Notes under the pieces: generated by a model
Seen by the model: only the letters and a program-made list of their open reading frames with translations
Databases searched by the model: none
What the model was told of the DNA's origin: nothing
Shown: one piece after another, positions 18,733 to 29,064 of the stretch
Layout of the letters: every line of letters begins with the position of its first letter
Position numbering within the stretch: position 1 is the first letter of the stretch
IMG/VR virus record: IMGVR_UViG_3300027690_000133
Coordinates: 1 to 33,212 of that record
Origin: a virus
Taxonomy: Duplodnaviria > Caudoviricetes
Strand: one strand, 5' to 3'
DNA length: 33,212 nucleotides
Position numbers and translations under genes: made by a program

Positions 18733-19107
18733 TTACCTCTTTTTAATTAACGCCTCGACGGGCGTATTGTAATTGTCTGTAGAATCGGCGGGCGGTATAG
18801 TAGCCAGCGCGCCGCAAAGTATATAATAGTCTGAGTAATTAACTCTGTTAATTGCAGTTTGTACGGCATAAGCTATTGCAATGGATTCTTTGTATGTCTT
18901 AGCCCTACAGTGTAGGGTGTATCGGTATTCCTCATATTCACGGTTAAGCAATGGACCAGCCATATAGAAATTGATTGATTTATTCCCCGTGAAATCTTCG
19001 GGAATTAAATTGTCGTTAAACAGCGCTTTCCCGGTCCCGTAAGAATCCAGTAACCCGGTTATAGCTGACACGTTGACGGCGGCACATAACTCGCTACTTC
19101 CGAACAC
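18733..19107 (-). CDS. Tail terminator / completion protein
   Basis: Synteny, size and Y...C.A.TY..S..IA.AV pattern. Confidence 0.7.
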   Translation of the reverse strand: MFGSSELCAAVNVSAITGLLDSYGTGKALFNDNLIPEDFTGNKSINFYMAGPLLNREYEEYRYTLHCRAKTYKESIAIAYAVQTAINRVNYSDYYILCGALATIPPADSTDNYNTPVEALIKKR

Positions 19108-19501
19108 GACCGGCCCCCATTGCTTTTCTCATAGCGTTGACGTTTTCGGCGGTTACTTCCACTTTCATTTTTTGAGATTCAACAACGAATACAGACGGCC
19201 TTAAATACGGCTGTGCCGGGGTGTGCTTAGTCCCAAACTCCTGATAGATTGAATATGAAACGGCGCTTCCCACGTACCCCTCGAATTTTTGCGGGTTGAC
19301 GTCAATTTCCCTTTCGCCCTCGTTGCCGCCCTTCGATTTTTGGACTTTCCACATGATCGAGTTTTTTAAATGGCCATCATCAACAGGCGCTAAAAGTTTA
19401 GCCTGGGCTGTTATAGCCGCAACCGTGGCAAGGACTGTGCTTTCCGTTGCATCGTCAGCGCCTTTTATGGGATCGCCGTATTTAATCACTTCAAACGACA
19501 T
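19094..19501 (-). CDS. HK97 gp10-like neck protein
   Basis: AK.LAPVD.G.LKNSI...YQEFGT....AQPYLRP. Confidence 0.9.
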   Translation of the reverse strand: MSFEVIKYGDPIKGADDATESTVLATVAAITAQAKLLAPVDDGHLKNSIMWKVQKSKGGNEGEREIDVNPQKFEGYVGSAVSYSIYQEFGTKHTPAQPYLRPSVFVVESQKMKVEVTAENVNAMRKAMGAGRVRK

Positions 19502-19835
19502 TCAACCTCTTTAGTGATATGACATAGAGTTCGTTTTGCATTGCCACGTTGTCCGGATACACTACCGAATAATACAGATCATTGATCTTAACTCTCCCGC
19601 CTTCGGGGATGGTTTTTGCAACGTAGTCTATGAGGACAACAGCGTCAACGCTTGCGGCAAGTCTGGACCCGACGATTCTTTCAACACTTCCCCCGACAAA
19701 GAACAGTCCGTCAGCGGTGAAATAATTACTCCATACTTCGGGACCGAGTGCGCCCTCTGATATGGTCTGTGTCTTTTCCTGGAATTGAACCGACACAGAG
19801 GTCTCATATTGAAACAGGTCCGAGACTATACTCAT
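19491..19835 (-). CDS. Head-closure (stopper) protein
   Basis: Size, synteny and beta-rich SPP1 gp16-like pattern. Confidence 0.7.
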   Translation of the reverse strand: MSIVSDLFQYETSVSVQFQEKTQTISEGALGPEVWSNYFTADGLFFVGGSVERIVGSRLAASVDAVVLIDYVAKTIPEGGRVKINDLYYSVVYPDNVAMQNELYVISLKRLNVV

Positions 19836-20290
19836 TAAACGTCCCTTTCGTAAAATGTAACCACTACATCAACATTAGTAGCCGTTGTTGCTCCGATATT
19901 GGTAATCTCTAATACATACAGGATGCCCTGATCTAATACGATAGTAGGGAGCGAGCTTTTAACCGTTCCGCTTGACGTTGTGGCCATCACTGTGTCAAGG
20001 GGCGTCCCGCTCGTAGTTGCCGTTGCTCCCTTCGATGCTGTCAGTGTAGCTGCCGCCGATGTATTTCTGTTAAGATTAACGGGAGTCACAGCCGAGCCAC
20101 CCGTATATGAAATATTTTCATACAATGACGCTTGCACCGTGTTTGCCGAAGTGCTCACGGAAAAAGGGAGGAGGTGTATATTTCCCGTGGCTGGCGCGGT
20201 AAGTCCAAGCTCAACCGCACCGGCGGCGGCAAGTGCGGAAATTTGATATACAATAGAAAAATAGCGCCCGCCGTTTATATATTTATCCAT
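19835..20290 (-). CDS. Extra neck/head structural protein
   Basis: Thr/Ala-rich beta protein between adaptor and stopper. Confidence 0.6.
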   Translation of the reverse strand: MDKYINGGRYFSIVYQISALAAAGAVELGLTAPATGNIHLLPFSVSTSANTVQASLYENISYTGGSAVTPVNLNRNTSAAATLTASKGATATTSGTPLDTVMATTSSGTVKSSLPTIVLDQGILYVLEITNIGATTATNVDVVVTFYERDV

Positions 20291-20868
20291 TATCCAACCT
20301 CAATATAAGAGACTCCCAGGTCATCAATTAACGCCTGGGGATAGTTGTATTTCTTGTTGATTTCCGAGTCCGCGAAAGTCTTTGATATGGGTCCGAAAGA
20401 ATAGGAGCTTAATTTTGCATCGTTAACGCTCGTCGTGTTCTGTTTGCTGATCTTATACCATATCATTTTAGCGATGGTCGGCCATTGAGATATATTGACG
20501 GTTGGGTACACATAATCACCCGTCCCCGTAGGAGTGGCCGAGAGTGTGAAAATATTAGTTGTAGGATTATAGCTCTGTAAATAGGTATCATCCGGCAAAT
20601 AGTCATGGACCAGAACAGTACCGAGTTTTAATTTTTGGTCCATTGCCCTGGGGTCTAAATCTCTCATAAGAGAAACAAGCCCGAAGTCGATAGTTGCGGC
20701 GGACGACGAGAAGACCGCTAGACAGTAGCGGTCAAACTCGTTGTTTAATATCCGTCTCACGTCGGCAGAAACGACGGGAATCATCGCGGTAATCTGCGTG
20801 TCATACTCAACCGAGTCTATGCCGAGGTGTGTTTTTACTGTTGTTTGGCTAATAAGATTAAGATTCAT
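20290..20868 (-). CDS. Head-tail adaptor protein
   Basis: VKTHLGI...YD..I...I...S..V...LN and SYSFGPISKTF motifs. Confidence 0.75.
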   Translation of the reverse strand: MNLNLISQTTVKTHLGIDSVEYDTQITAMIPVVSADVRRILNNEFDRYCLAVFSSSAATIDFGLVSLMRDLDPRAMDQKLKLGTVLVHDYLPDDTYLQSYNPTTNIFTLSATPTGTGDYVYPTVNISQWPTIAKMIWYKISKQNTTSVNDAKLSSYSFGPISKTFADSEINKKYNYPQALIDDLGVSYIEVG

Positions 20869-21846
20869 TTAGAACCAATAGGGTTTTATTAAACAATCCT
20901 TAACAACACCGGCAGCGGTTGACGTTTCCAGTGCCATTCCCACCGTAGTGCTATCCACGGTTTCATTAGTGAGAATACTTACATTTACAGTAGAAGCAAC
21001 CGCGCCTATTAACACACTGGTAACCGTTGCAAAAGCTGTTGCCCCGTGATCCTCCTCGGTCGTGCCATTGAGAGCATCAACAAGAGTGAGAGCCGAACCA
21101 TCAACGCCGGTTCCTATAATCCCCACAGGTGCGGTGCTTGTGTCGCTCGCGTCATGTCTCAGTACAAGACCATATCCGTTGGTAGTAGACGGCGTGACTA
21201 TCCCGGCAGTCGTAGATGCCGCCGCTATGGTAGTGATGGCGGCATTTCCCGACGCTTCCCTTATCGTTACGGTTCCCGCACATGCGGCGGAAAGACTCGC
21301 ACCGAGCATATTTTGCCATGTAACCGTAGTGGTTGAAACGGCAGTAGTGCCATTGAGTGATACTGTTTCACTCGTTACCGTGGTAGTGGCTCCGGTAATG
21401 GTCCCATAAATTGTAATAGTCTGCGTGGTGTCACCGGCGGCGTCAGATACAATTTCTATCCCATCACCGGTGGGCTGATTGGCAAAATTCCCGCCCGCCT
21501 CCGCACTTACAAGAGTGACTTGTGACGCCATCTTTTTAGCAATCATTCCGTTGGCCCTGGCAGAAAGCTCGTCAAGAATAGTAACAGGACTGGCAAGATA
21601 AACGGGAACACATCCAAACTCAACCTCCACCGAACCGGAAGACGCGGCAACATCGCCACGCGTAACACCTATTACGGCGGCTGATTGTTCAGATGCTTTT
21701 CTGACTGTAGCGTTGTATTTTTCAACAAGCCGATATCTTGAAATAGTCGCGGCTGTTGCGGTAAGTCCTTTCATCGCAATATTATCCCCAATCCAACGCC
21801 TGATTTCGGGATTCCGTATTGCTTGTTTATAAGATTTTGCGGCCAT
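20869..21846 (-). CDS. Capsid cement/decoration protein (DUF2190-like) with a large internal insertion
   Basis: I.RYRLV...IGV...V...G.VPV N-terminal part and VGMALE...AAG C-terminal part flank two LNGTT repeats; directly after MCP. Confidence 0.65.
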   Translation of the reverse strand: MAAKSYKQAIRNPEIRRWIGDNIAMKGLTATAATISRYRLVEKYNATVRKASEQSAAVIGVTRGDVAASSGSVEVEFGCVPVYLASPVTILDELSARANGMIAKKMASQVTLVSAEAGGNFANQPTGDGIEIVSDAAGDTTQTITIYGTITGATTTVTSETVSLNGTTAVSTTTVTWQNMLGASLSAACAGTVTIREASGNAAITTIAAASTTAGIVTPSTTNGYGLVLRHDASDTSTAPVGIIGTGVDGSALTLVDALNGTTEEDHGATAFATVTSVLIGAVASTVNVSILTNETVDSTTVGMALETSTAAGVVKDCLIKPYWF

Positions 21847-21870
21847 TAGTTTTCTCCTTAGTTTAACATA

Positions 21871-21888
21871 GGCGGGATTACTCCCGCC
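21871..21888 (-). terminator. GC-rich hairpin after the capsid gene (attenuator or mRNA stabiliser)
   Basis: GGCGGGA/TCCCGCC stem; weak U-tract. Confidence 0.5.
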
Positions 21889-21908
21889 GTTCGTTCTGTT
21901 AAGACATC

Positions 21909-22856
21909 TTAGTCGATGCCGTAAATCGATCCATGATAAGACTCGTGGAAAAAGTCTACACTGACAAAACCCTCTATGTATCCTTTCATGGCAGAACCAC
22001 CGTCCATATATTCCCGCATAAGAATGTCTTGTCCCAGGTCGGGAAGTATTACGGGGCGCACATACGCGAGGTCGGCAGCGATTACAAGGCCCGAATCATA
22101 CATACAGTTAGTCATGATAACACCGATATTACCGAAGTCGGAAACGATGGTTTCAACATTAACTCCACCGATGTTCTGAGCTTGGGGAGCGAAACCGTAA
22201 ATCTCAGAAATGGCTTTTTTGTATTTAGCTTCACATACCAGGACAAGCCTTTCCATGGGAGCGCCATTGTTTGACATGGAAATGAGAAGCTCATCTATCA
22301 TGTCTTTGTCAAGCGCGGCGGACGATGCGTTTACTTTGTTGGTGCTTATTCCTATTGTTGAGTCAATAAGCCCGCCCATGGCTACATCGGTAGTAACGGC
22401 GGACCTGGCAACATACGTTCCCCGGAGGCAGGCATATTCCCAGTCGGCCATAAACTGTTTAATCTTCAGCGCGGCCTGTGTGTCAAACTCGGAAACAGTG
22501 GGAGCGATACCTGAAAAAGTAGACGATGAAATCTGCTGTGTTGCGGACTGCCTGAGGTTGGAAACTTGTACTTCCTCTTTCTGGATTTGACACACATTTT
22601 CCTTTTGAGACTTAGCGTAAAACTGAGGAGTTCCGGCAGTCAAAGACGCTGTTTCGTCGATAGCGTTTTGAGAGGGAGTATCGAGAGCATTATAAGCGCC
22701 CATATCAAAAGATTGACTTTGAACGCGTCTTGCTCCGTTAAGCCCACCAATGGCGGCCAGGAATTTTCCGGTATTATTTGCGGCCCCGGTTGAAAGTACC
22801 TGACCGAGAACATTAGTATCATTATAACTTTGTGCAACTGCGGCTGTGCTAGACAT
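21909..22856 (-). CDS. Major capsid protein (DUF5309/SU10-like)
   Basis: N.CQI.KE.VQVS, D.EYA.L.G, MGGL, SDFG.I motifs; follows the scaffold. Confidence 0.85.
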   Translation of the reverse strand: MSSTAAVAQSYNDTNVLGQVLSTGAANNTGKFLAAIGGLNGARRVQSQSFDMGAYNALDTPSQNAIDETASLTAGTPQFYAKSQKENVCQIQKEEVQVSNLRQSATQQISSSTFSGIAPTVSEFDTQAALKIKQFMADWEYACLRGTYVARSAVTTDVAMGGLIDSTIGISTNKVNASSAALDKDMIDELLISMSNNGAPMERLVLVCEAKYKKAISEIYGFAPQAQNIGGVNVETIVSDFGNIGVIMTNCMYDSGLVIAADLAYVRPVILPDLGQDILMREYMDGGSAMKGYIEGFVSVDFFHESYHGSIYGID

Positions 22857-22871
22857 ATAATTTACCTCATA

Positions 22872-23489
22872 TTATTCTTGTAAAATAATCCCTTGACTTG
22901 ACGCCATCCTGCGAGCTGCGACCATTTCCGGTCCTCGATTGTTTTTCTTGGCGTTATCAAAGAATGTTTGAAGGTCGCCCTTCTCTACGGGTCCGCCCGT
23001 TTCGGGTGCTTTCCCGGCAAGTCTTTTATTGACTTCCGCCTCAATTCCTTTGTTAATCTCAGCGGACATAAATTCTTTCAGTTTCTTGACATCGGCCTTT
23101 ATGCTTTCCTCGTCATCGCCTATGATGCGCTTTGCAAATTCTTGTGACAGTCCCGCATCATACAGCGCTTTATCAACATTTCGGCCCCTGACAATTTCAC
23201 GGGCTTCATGTTCGATACGATCTTTTTCCGCGCGGGCTTCATCGAGCTCCGCCTGGATGCGTTCTTTTTCGGAAAGTTTTTCTAGGTCTTTTTTTCTCAG
23301 CTCTTTTTCAAGCTCTGAGTTTCTGCGGTTCAAGCCGGATATTTCGGTCTTGAATTTCTCTTTGACGTCTTCAATGGCTTTAGAGACAAGCTCCTCGACA
23401 TTGATTTCTTTTGACGGTTCCTGCTGGATAGCCTGATCCGTGGGAGTAGAATCCTGATTTACATCCTGATTCTCGTTAATTGCTGTCAT
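22872..23489 (-). CDS. Capsid scaffolding protein (DUF4355-like)
   Basis: Acidic coiled coil, EVNKRLAGKAP; GAGGTG SD before ATG 23489. Confidence 0.85.
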   Translation of the reverse strand: MTAINENQDVNQDSTPTDQAIQQEPSKEINVEELVSKAIEDVKEKFKTEISGLNRRNSELEKELRKKDLEKLSEKERIQAELDEARAEKDRIEHEAREIVRGRNVDKALYDAGLSQEFAKRIIGDDEESIKADVKKLKEFMSAEINKGIEAEVNKRLAGKAPETGGPVEKGDLQTFFDNAKKNNRGPEMVAARRMASSQGIILQE

Positions 23490-23563
23490 TATGTCACCTC
23501 GGTTTAATTTTGTCAAGTACTATTTGACTATTTTATAAATTTTTTAAATACTCTAATATTTTT

Positions 23564-23809
23564 TTATTCACGGCGATAAATAAAGCCATCAGAATGGAAG
23601 GTGACCAAATCCCCCATGACATCCGTAAAAATCACCTTATCGGTTAATATTCTTGTTGATCCACAGGAAATCAAAATGTCGTCATCCTCAATATAGGCGA
23701 TACACTCATGCCCGGTAATGTCTTCAATGTAGCCCCTGAGTAATACAAGCAGTTCGAGTTCTAGTTCACGATCCATTTTAATCACCTTTAACTGTAACGG
23801 TAGCACCAT
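23564..23809 (-). CDS. Hypothetical protein
   Basis: Co-oriented ORF; probable start MDRELE. Confidence 0.55.
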   Translation of the reverse strand: MVLPLQLKVIKMDRELELELLVLLRGYIEDITGHECIAYIEDDDILISCGSTRILTDKVIFTDVMGDLVTFHSDGFIYRRE

Positions 23810-23993
23810 AATGGGAGCCTATGTTTTTACTCAATATTTCCGCAACAACATGCCAATCTCCACCGCCCACCTCTTGCATGGTTGTGCATCTTATTCCGTT
23901 TTTAGCAAAAATCCATACAAGCGATTTTCTTTCATCTTCACTTGGTATGTTCATCCATATTTCCTTGATAAATTCTTTATCCATAATATTCAC
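23778..23993 (-). CDS. Hypothetical protein
   Basis: Co-oriented ORF overlapping both neighbours. Confidence 0.55.
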   Translation of the reverse strand: MNIMDKEFIKEIWMNIPSEDERKSLVWIFAKNGIRCTTMQEVGGGDWHVVAEILSKNIGSHYGATVTVKGD

Positions 23994-25038
23994 CGTATAC
24001 GTTTTTCTTCAGGCCGTTATCTTTGGCCCACGTTGAAAAGTCTTTCATGCTTAATACCTCATTTTCGCCCGTTACTGGATTTCTGCCGATTCTCGCCACG
24101 GGTTCAAGTCCTGGAATTATATCGATGACGGTTTCCCGGTCGTTTATGTCATAGGCGGGGTTTCCCGTGGTCCCTGGATACATTGCCGTTGCCCCGTTGG
24201 GATATTTGAAAGGCTCATCAACTCCCACGGTCTGACCATCTATGCTTGCACTTTGCGCCCTGGTTCTAGTGTCGAGAGTTGACACCATCATGCGCTTAAC
24301 TTCTATTCCCTGAGAGTCAAGGTATTTTGTGGCGGCGTACGAACCGGCGTTCATAGTTCTATTTGATTCGGTGCGGATTATTCGGAGAGCGTTATATTTT
24401 GCACCGGTTATATTAACCTTGCCATTTTTAACAAGCTCCTGGCCGATGACCTTTTTAAGCGACTTTACCATTTCTGGGTACGTCTTGCCCTGCAGTAGCC
24501 CTTGAGTTATAGCGGATTCAATCTTGTTGATTTCGTTTATTCGGTTGGCCTTAATAAATGACAGGAACGTTCCCGCCTTCGGTTGGTAGTTCCCAGGAGA
24601 GCCATATTTATCAATAATGTATTGTCTGAGGTTGTCCTTTTGTTTCTCGATTCCGTAGATGGCCAGCTCTGCAAGTTTTGGCGGGATTATACCAACGGTT
24701 ATTTCTTGCCCGGTCCATGCAGCGGCGTATAGCTTGCGATAATAAACATTTGAAAATGATATATAGGACGACGCTTCAATGTACCTTTGTGCCGTCTTTG
24801 AATAGGCGATATATTCAGCCCTTACGCTTGCAAGCAGATTCTTTAGTCTATCATATTTAATCATTGTGTTATAATATTCTTTCGGGTCCACACCGGCAAG
24901 TGTAGCATATACCGCTTGCAATTGGTCAGACAGGGATTTAATGGCGTCACGGTAAGTCTGCATGACTTTGCGTGACATCGCCTTGACTTCGTCCTCCGTC
25001 AGCGTGTAGGCGGCATATTGAAATTCAGCCCAGTTCAA
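23977..25038 (-). CDS. Minor head / head morphogenesis protein (SPP1 gp7 / Mu gpF family)
   Basis: A.RI.RTE..R, STLD.RTR....DGQ.V...EPF, YPG....A..IN.R. Confidence 0.9.
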   Translation of the reverse strand: MNWAEFQYAAYTLTEDEVKAMSRKVMQTYRDAIKSLSDQLQAVYATLAGVDPKEYYNTMIKYDRLKNLLASVRAEYIAYSKTAQRYIEASSYISFSNVYYRKLYAAAWTGQEITVGIIPPKLAELAIYGIEKQKDNLRQYIIDKYGSPGNYQPKAGTFLSFIKANRINEINKIESAITQGLLQGKTYPEMVKSLKKVIGQELVKNGKVNITGAKYNALRIIRTESNRTMNAGSYAATKYLDSQGIEVKRMMVSTLDTRTRAQSASIDGQTVGVDEPFKYPNGATAMYPGTTGNPAYDINDRETVIDIIPGLEPVARIGRNPVTGENEVLSMKDFSTWAKDNGLKKNVYGEYYG

Positions 25039-26432
25039 GCGGCGTCCTCGGTTTTATCTTGCGTCTCGTCCTTTACGAGTTGCGGGGCGGCGTCTTCCAT
25101 AAATTCCATTGACTCCTCGCGCTCTTGATTAAGCCTTTCTGATTCTTGATTCCAGTCCAGGCCGCACAATTCAACCTTTGTCTGCTTGCTGATAAAATCA
25201 ACACCGGCAAGAGGCACGGCTTTATCTTCTACGTCCATCGGGAGTGTTCTGTTAAATTCAATTGACACATTCCCGACAGGAAGACCCTTAATAGACATTA
25301 GGTGATTTATAAGCCTGATTCTTTTTTTGATTCCCTCGCGGTATATTTTCTCGATTCGATTGGAATACATATCCATATCGAAAAGGCGGGTCTTTAAAGC
25401 CTTAGCGCTTACCTCGCCAGTAAGTCCGGCGTCGGGAGAATACCAGTCTATAACATGAGAATGTTTATGTATTTCATTTATCAGGAGCTTGGAAACGTAT
25501 TCCCTAAACTGCGGAGAGGCGTCTTTTGTTATGTATTCGGCCCGGTCCTCTTTCTGCATACCCTGTAAAACTTTCCACTCGTCCATGTGTTCTAAGTCTT
25601 CCTGCTTAATTGACTTTCCGAGTACCAGGATGGCATCAATCAGCCTTTCAATCTCGTTAGCGTTACCCGTAATGATATAATCAAGGGCGTCGATATAGGG
25701 TAGTATCTGATTGAAGGGTGAATAAATATTAAGCAGTTGGGCGTTGTATATACAGGCTGGATTTTCGTTAAAAAGTAAAGCCCTCGGTTCATCCTTTTGT
25801 GACAGCTCGTTGTTTTTCATGCGGTACGATTCCCACTGATCCGCATATATTACGTCTACATTATAATCGTAATCCTCGTTTTCTGATCCGTACCGGCGGA
25901 TAAAACAGAATACGTCAGACTCGATTGAGTTGTCCCATATTACAATGCACTCCTTGGGGTCCAGGGAGACAAATCTAATCTCTGCAGGTTTTGTGCCATC
26001 CCCTACAGTGTAGACAAGTTCTATTCCCAGGTTATACGCAAGGGACCGTACACCCGTCTGCATGTCCTTAACTTCGGAGTTGTTGTCTTCAAGTATTATA
26101 GACAGTGCGTCAATATAAGCCTGATCGGTTTCCTCTTTGGGTGAGTATGTCACGTTGTTAAACATATACCCAGCCATAGTGTCAACGATTGTGGAATAAT
26201 AAGCGGATGGGACAAAATGATTGGGCGTCTTTTTGCGCTGTTCCCGGTCAACCACTCTATTAACGAGAGCGGCATTTTTTGACTCATAATATTTCTGGTA
26301 GTTGTTTATTAAATTGGCCTGTTTAGATGCGCTATATCCATTGATTACACTTTCCAGCTCTTTAACGGTCAGCTTGTCTTTATTCGGCCACGTTATATAG
26401 TCATTGCTTATTTCTTTGGTAAAAACTTGCAT
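25035..26432 (-). CDS. Portal protein (SPP1 gp6-like)
   Basis: IVDTMAGY, IDALD...T..ANEIE, SAKALK..LF, I.FNRTLP motifs. Confidence 0.92.
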   Translation of the reverse strand: MQVFTKEISNDYITWPNKDKLTVKELESVINGYSASKQANLINNYQKYYESKNAALVNRVVDREQRKKTPNHFVPSAYYSTIVDTMAGYMFNNVTYSPKEETDQAYIDALSIILEDNNSEVKDMQTGVRSLAYNLGIELVYTVGDGTKPAEIRFVSLDPKECIVIWDNSIESDVFCFIRRYGSENEDYDYNVDVIYADQWESYRMKNNELSQKDEPRALLFNENPACIYNAQLLNIYSPFNQILPYIDALDYIITGNANEIERLIDAILVLGKSIKQEDLEHMDEWKVLQGMQKEDRAEYITKDASPQFREYVSKLLINEIHKHSHVIDWYSPDAGLTGEVSAKALKTRLFDMDMYSNRIEKIYREGIKKRIRLINHLMSIKGLPVGNVSIEFNRTLPMDVEDKAVPLAGVDFISKQTKVELCGLDWNQESERLNQEREESMEFMEDAAPQLVKDETQDKTEDAA

Positions 26433-27640
26433 TAGTACCTCACTACTGTAGCATACTGGTTTAACTTTTTCATTTCATTAGTGTGCATTACATATCGTTC
26501 ACTATCCATTGAGTCGTCTTTCTCTTTTATTGGCTCTTCTTTCATTGAGTCTTTCCATCTGTAATAAAAAATTTCTGAAAGGTGATTAGCGTTATGTTCT
26601 TTTACGATGGCGACGTTATTATTTTTATACTGAGTTCCTACCGTGGTTAGTCCCTCAAATACCGCATTTTCGGCCCGCTCAATATTAAGTTGGGCGTTTT
26701 CCCACATCTCTATTAAATCGGCCCTGGATGGGTCAGCATAAAAAACTATACCTTTATGTTTTGACTGTATTTTTAGCGCTTCCTCAATCCACCAATCAGG
26801 TGCTTTATGCCGTTCAACTATTTCATACAGCCTGTAATATTTACCGTCTAATATTCCATAAACCCCGATAACTCCCGGATGATTATAACCCCAGTCAACC
26901 CCGGCGATATATTCTTTAAAATCTTTTGGCGCTTTGTCTTTAGGTATTACATGCAGATCGTAATTAAAATCTCGGTGAATCATGCCTTCCGCTGCGACCC
27001 ACTGACCGAGGATGTCACGGTCAAACCACATGCCTGATGGAATTGATTTTTTTAAGTTCTCTTTGTAGTCCCCTGAAAGAGTGGTATTGTCATCAAGGAT
27101 AAAGTGCCATGATTTAACCCGTATTCTCCCGTTGCTCATCACCTCATCTGATTTATCAATGTAATCAATTTTAATAGGGTGTTGCGGATGGTCGGGATTT
27201 GTGTCAAAAAACATTCTGAAGCCTTCGCCCGAACATCTCTTGACTGCCTGATCCACGCTGTTCATGTGCGAGAGTGTAATCTCGTTTGCATACCAACCGT
27301 ACGCGGTAATACCCCTCATTCTCTTGTACGAATCAACCTTGTCGGTCCCATAACAATGGATAGTGTTTCCAAAGAGCTTGAAAGTGTTATTCTTGTCCAG
27401 CGATGTATCAACGTTAAACATCACCGATATATCATCTAAAACGTTTGATTTCAAAGACGGTATTGTATAACCCGTCATTATGAACTTCACGCCCCGACCT
27501 TTAAATTCCTTGACGTGCATCATCCATAAAAAGTTATTAACGTATGTTTTTCCCGACCTGACCGCGCCTTCGAGAATGGTAATGATTGGCCGGTGCTTAT
27601 TGTCGTATTGTATTATGTCTCTTTGTTTGCCAGAAAACAT
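26432..27640 (-). CDS. terL: Terminase large subunit (PBSX family)
   Basis: GAVRSGKT Walker A, DTNP, DWGYNHP and D.MD..RY nuclease motifs. Confidence 0.95.
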   Translation of the reverse strand: MFSGKQRDIIQYDNKHRPIITILEGAVRSGKTYVNNFLWMMHVKEFKGRGVKFIMTGYTIPSLKSNVLDDISVMFNVDTSLDKNNTFKLFGNTIHCYGTDKVDSYKRMRGITAYGWYANEITLSHMNSVDQAVKRCSGEGFRMFFDTNPDHPQHPIKIDYIDKSDEVMSNGRIRVKSWHFILDDNTTLSGDYKENLKKSIPSGMWFDRDILGQWVAAEGMIHRDFNYDLHVIPKDKAPKDFKEYIAGVDWGYNHPGVIGVYGILDGKYYRLYEIVERHKAPDWWIEEALKIQSKHKGIVFYADPSRADLIEMWENAQLNIERAENAVFEGLTTVGTQYKNNNVAIVKEHNANHLSEIFYYRWKDSMKEEPIKEKDDSMDSERYVMHTNEMKKLNQYATVVRY

Positions 27641-28128
27641 TATAGTTTTCGGAGTCCATCAAGTAACTCGTCAAGCTTGGTAATGGTTATGTCTTTTTTC
27701 TCAGTGAATCCAACCACATATTTCGATAGGGCATCCAGTGCCGATATTTTGTTATGCAGCTTGTATTCAATGGTTGAATTGTCTTTGCCGTGCTTTATTT
27801 TGACAGCCTCTAAAACTGTTGTATCGGTTTCATTTGTTGCGGTGGGTTCTCCCGTGACCGGGTCCACAAATTTGGATATGTCGGAAAAGGCAATTTTCTT
27901 GTACTCGTTTACAACCTGGAGCGCGAGGGCTTCTTTGTCGTCAAGTATGGCGTTTATTTGCTTGTTGATTTCGGCTTTTATCTCAGCATTTCTAAGCAAT
28001 CTATGACCATTTGACATTGCCGTATCATAATCACAATCATAGACCGCCTGATATGCTTTTGTAGCATTGCAGTTATTAGCCACATATTCAGCTATAAATA
28101 GTTTGTGTTTGTCGCTTAATTCTGCCAT
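27640..28128 (-). CDS. terS: Terminase small subunit
   Basis: L..K.KLF..EY....NATKAY......A..NG.RLLRN..I HTH; KLH.K..AL..L. Confidence 0.92.
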   Translation of the reverse strand: MAELSDKHKLFIAEYVANNCNATKAYQAVYDCDYDTAMSNGHRLLRNAEIKAEINKQINAILDDKEALALQVVNEYKKIAFSDISKFVDPVTGEPTATNETDTTVLEAVKIKHGKDNSTIEYKLHNKISALDALSKYVVGFTEKKDITITKLDELLDGLRKL

Positions 28129-28456
28129 TTTATTAAATTCTATAATTCATTTTTATTATTTTATAATTTACTTAAATACTTTATAAAGAATAGCGGCTAT
28201 AATAAATGTTATCTCATACCTTAAAAGTGCTTCAGGACCGGAATCATCCTTTTGAATCGAATACCAGGTTGTTATTACAAACCATATAAGGTAATATAGT
28301 ATGATGTCGGTCATGTTAATCTATTCTCACGCCATTGGCTCTCAGTATATCGCAGTAATCACCAAAGGTTATGTTTTTATTTATATTTTTGCATACTTTG
28401 TGTAAAAACCAATCAGTATATACATCGTGAAGTTCTTTTATAATACCGGTCATAGT

Positions 28457-28774
28457 TTATTTATTATCAATAATATATCTGCCGTGCCATTTCTTCCAGT
28501 ATTTGACACGTGAACCCTTGTTTATGTTTACATATTGAGATTTGTTAATCGGTATGGATACCGCTTCCCCGTTTTCATTAACCAGTATAGAGGCACTTTC
28601 GGGTATAATTATTGTACCCATGGAGGACTTTCCGTCGGCTGAAACACTGTTACCAATACCAACACTCGAAGGAGTATAGTATTTTTCTATAACCACAGAA
28701 TCCATGATTTCAGGATCGGAACACCCGGAGAATGAAATCAAAATCGATATAATAAATGTGTTTATATATTTCAT
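28457..28774 (-). CDS. Putative lipoprotein
   Basis: Signal peptide with FSG-C lipobox. Confidence 0.65.
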   Translation of the reverse strand: MKYINTFIISILISFSGCSDPEIMDSVVIEKYYTPSSVGIGNSVSADGKSSMGTIIIPESASILVNENGEAVSIPINKSQYVNINKGSRVKYWKKWHGRYIIDNK

Positions 28775-29064
28775 AGTTTACCCATGTCAATTCTAAATAG
28801 AGCACATAGAACAGCAAGTTTTAAGTTTATTACAACAAGGTCTAATTCGTAAATTTGATATAATGCGCTATTTTCTACGCCAGGACACAAACAAACACTT
28901 TTATTTAACTGATCCATTATATCAGCCATTTGATGAATATAAAAATTGCATTGATTACGGGCTATTTTTTTTATACGGTTCATAGCCTCCCCACTATCTT
29001 GACAAAATAATATCAGACGCCTTCCGTAAGCATGATTGACATATTTTTGCCGTACGTGATTCAT
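28771..29064 (-). CDS. Hypothetical protein (probable start MNRIKK)
   Basis: Co-oriented; GGGAGG SD before the internal Met. Confidence 0.5.
   Translation of the reverse strand: MNHVRQKYVNHAYGRRLILFCQDSGEAMNRIKKIARNQCNFYIHQMADIMDQLNKSVCLCPGVENSALYQIYELDLVVINLKLAVLCALFRIDMGKL

Noticed and set aside
5421-28006. Numerous + strand ORFs in the track overlapping structural genes (e.g. 15908-16366, 21046-21409, 23029-23436)
   Set aside because: Antisense shadows of well-supported - strand genes; no SD or motifs
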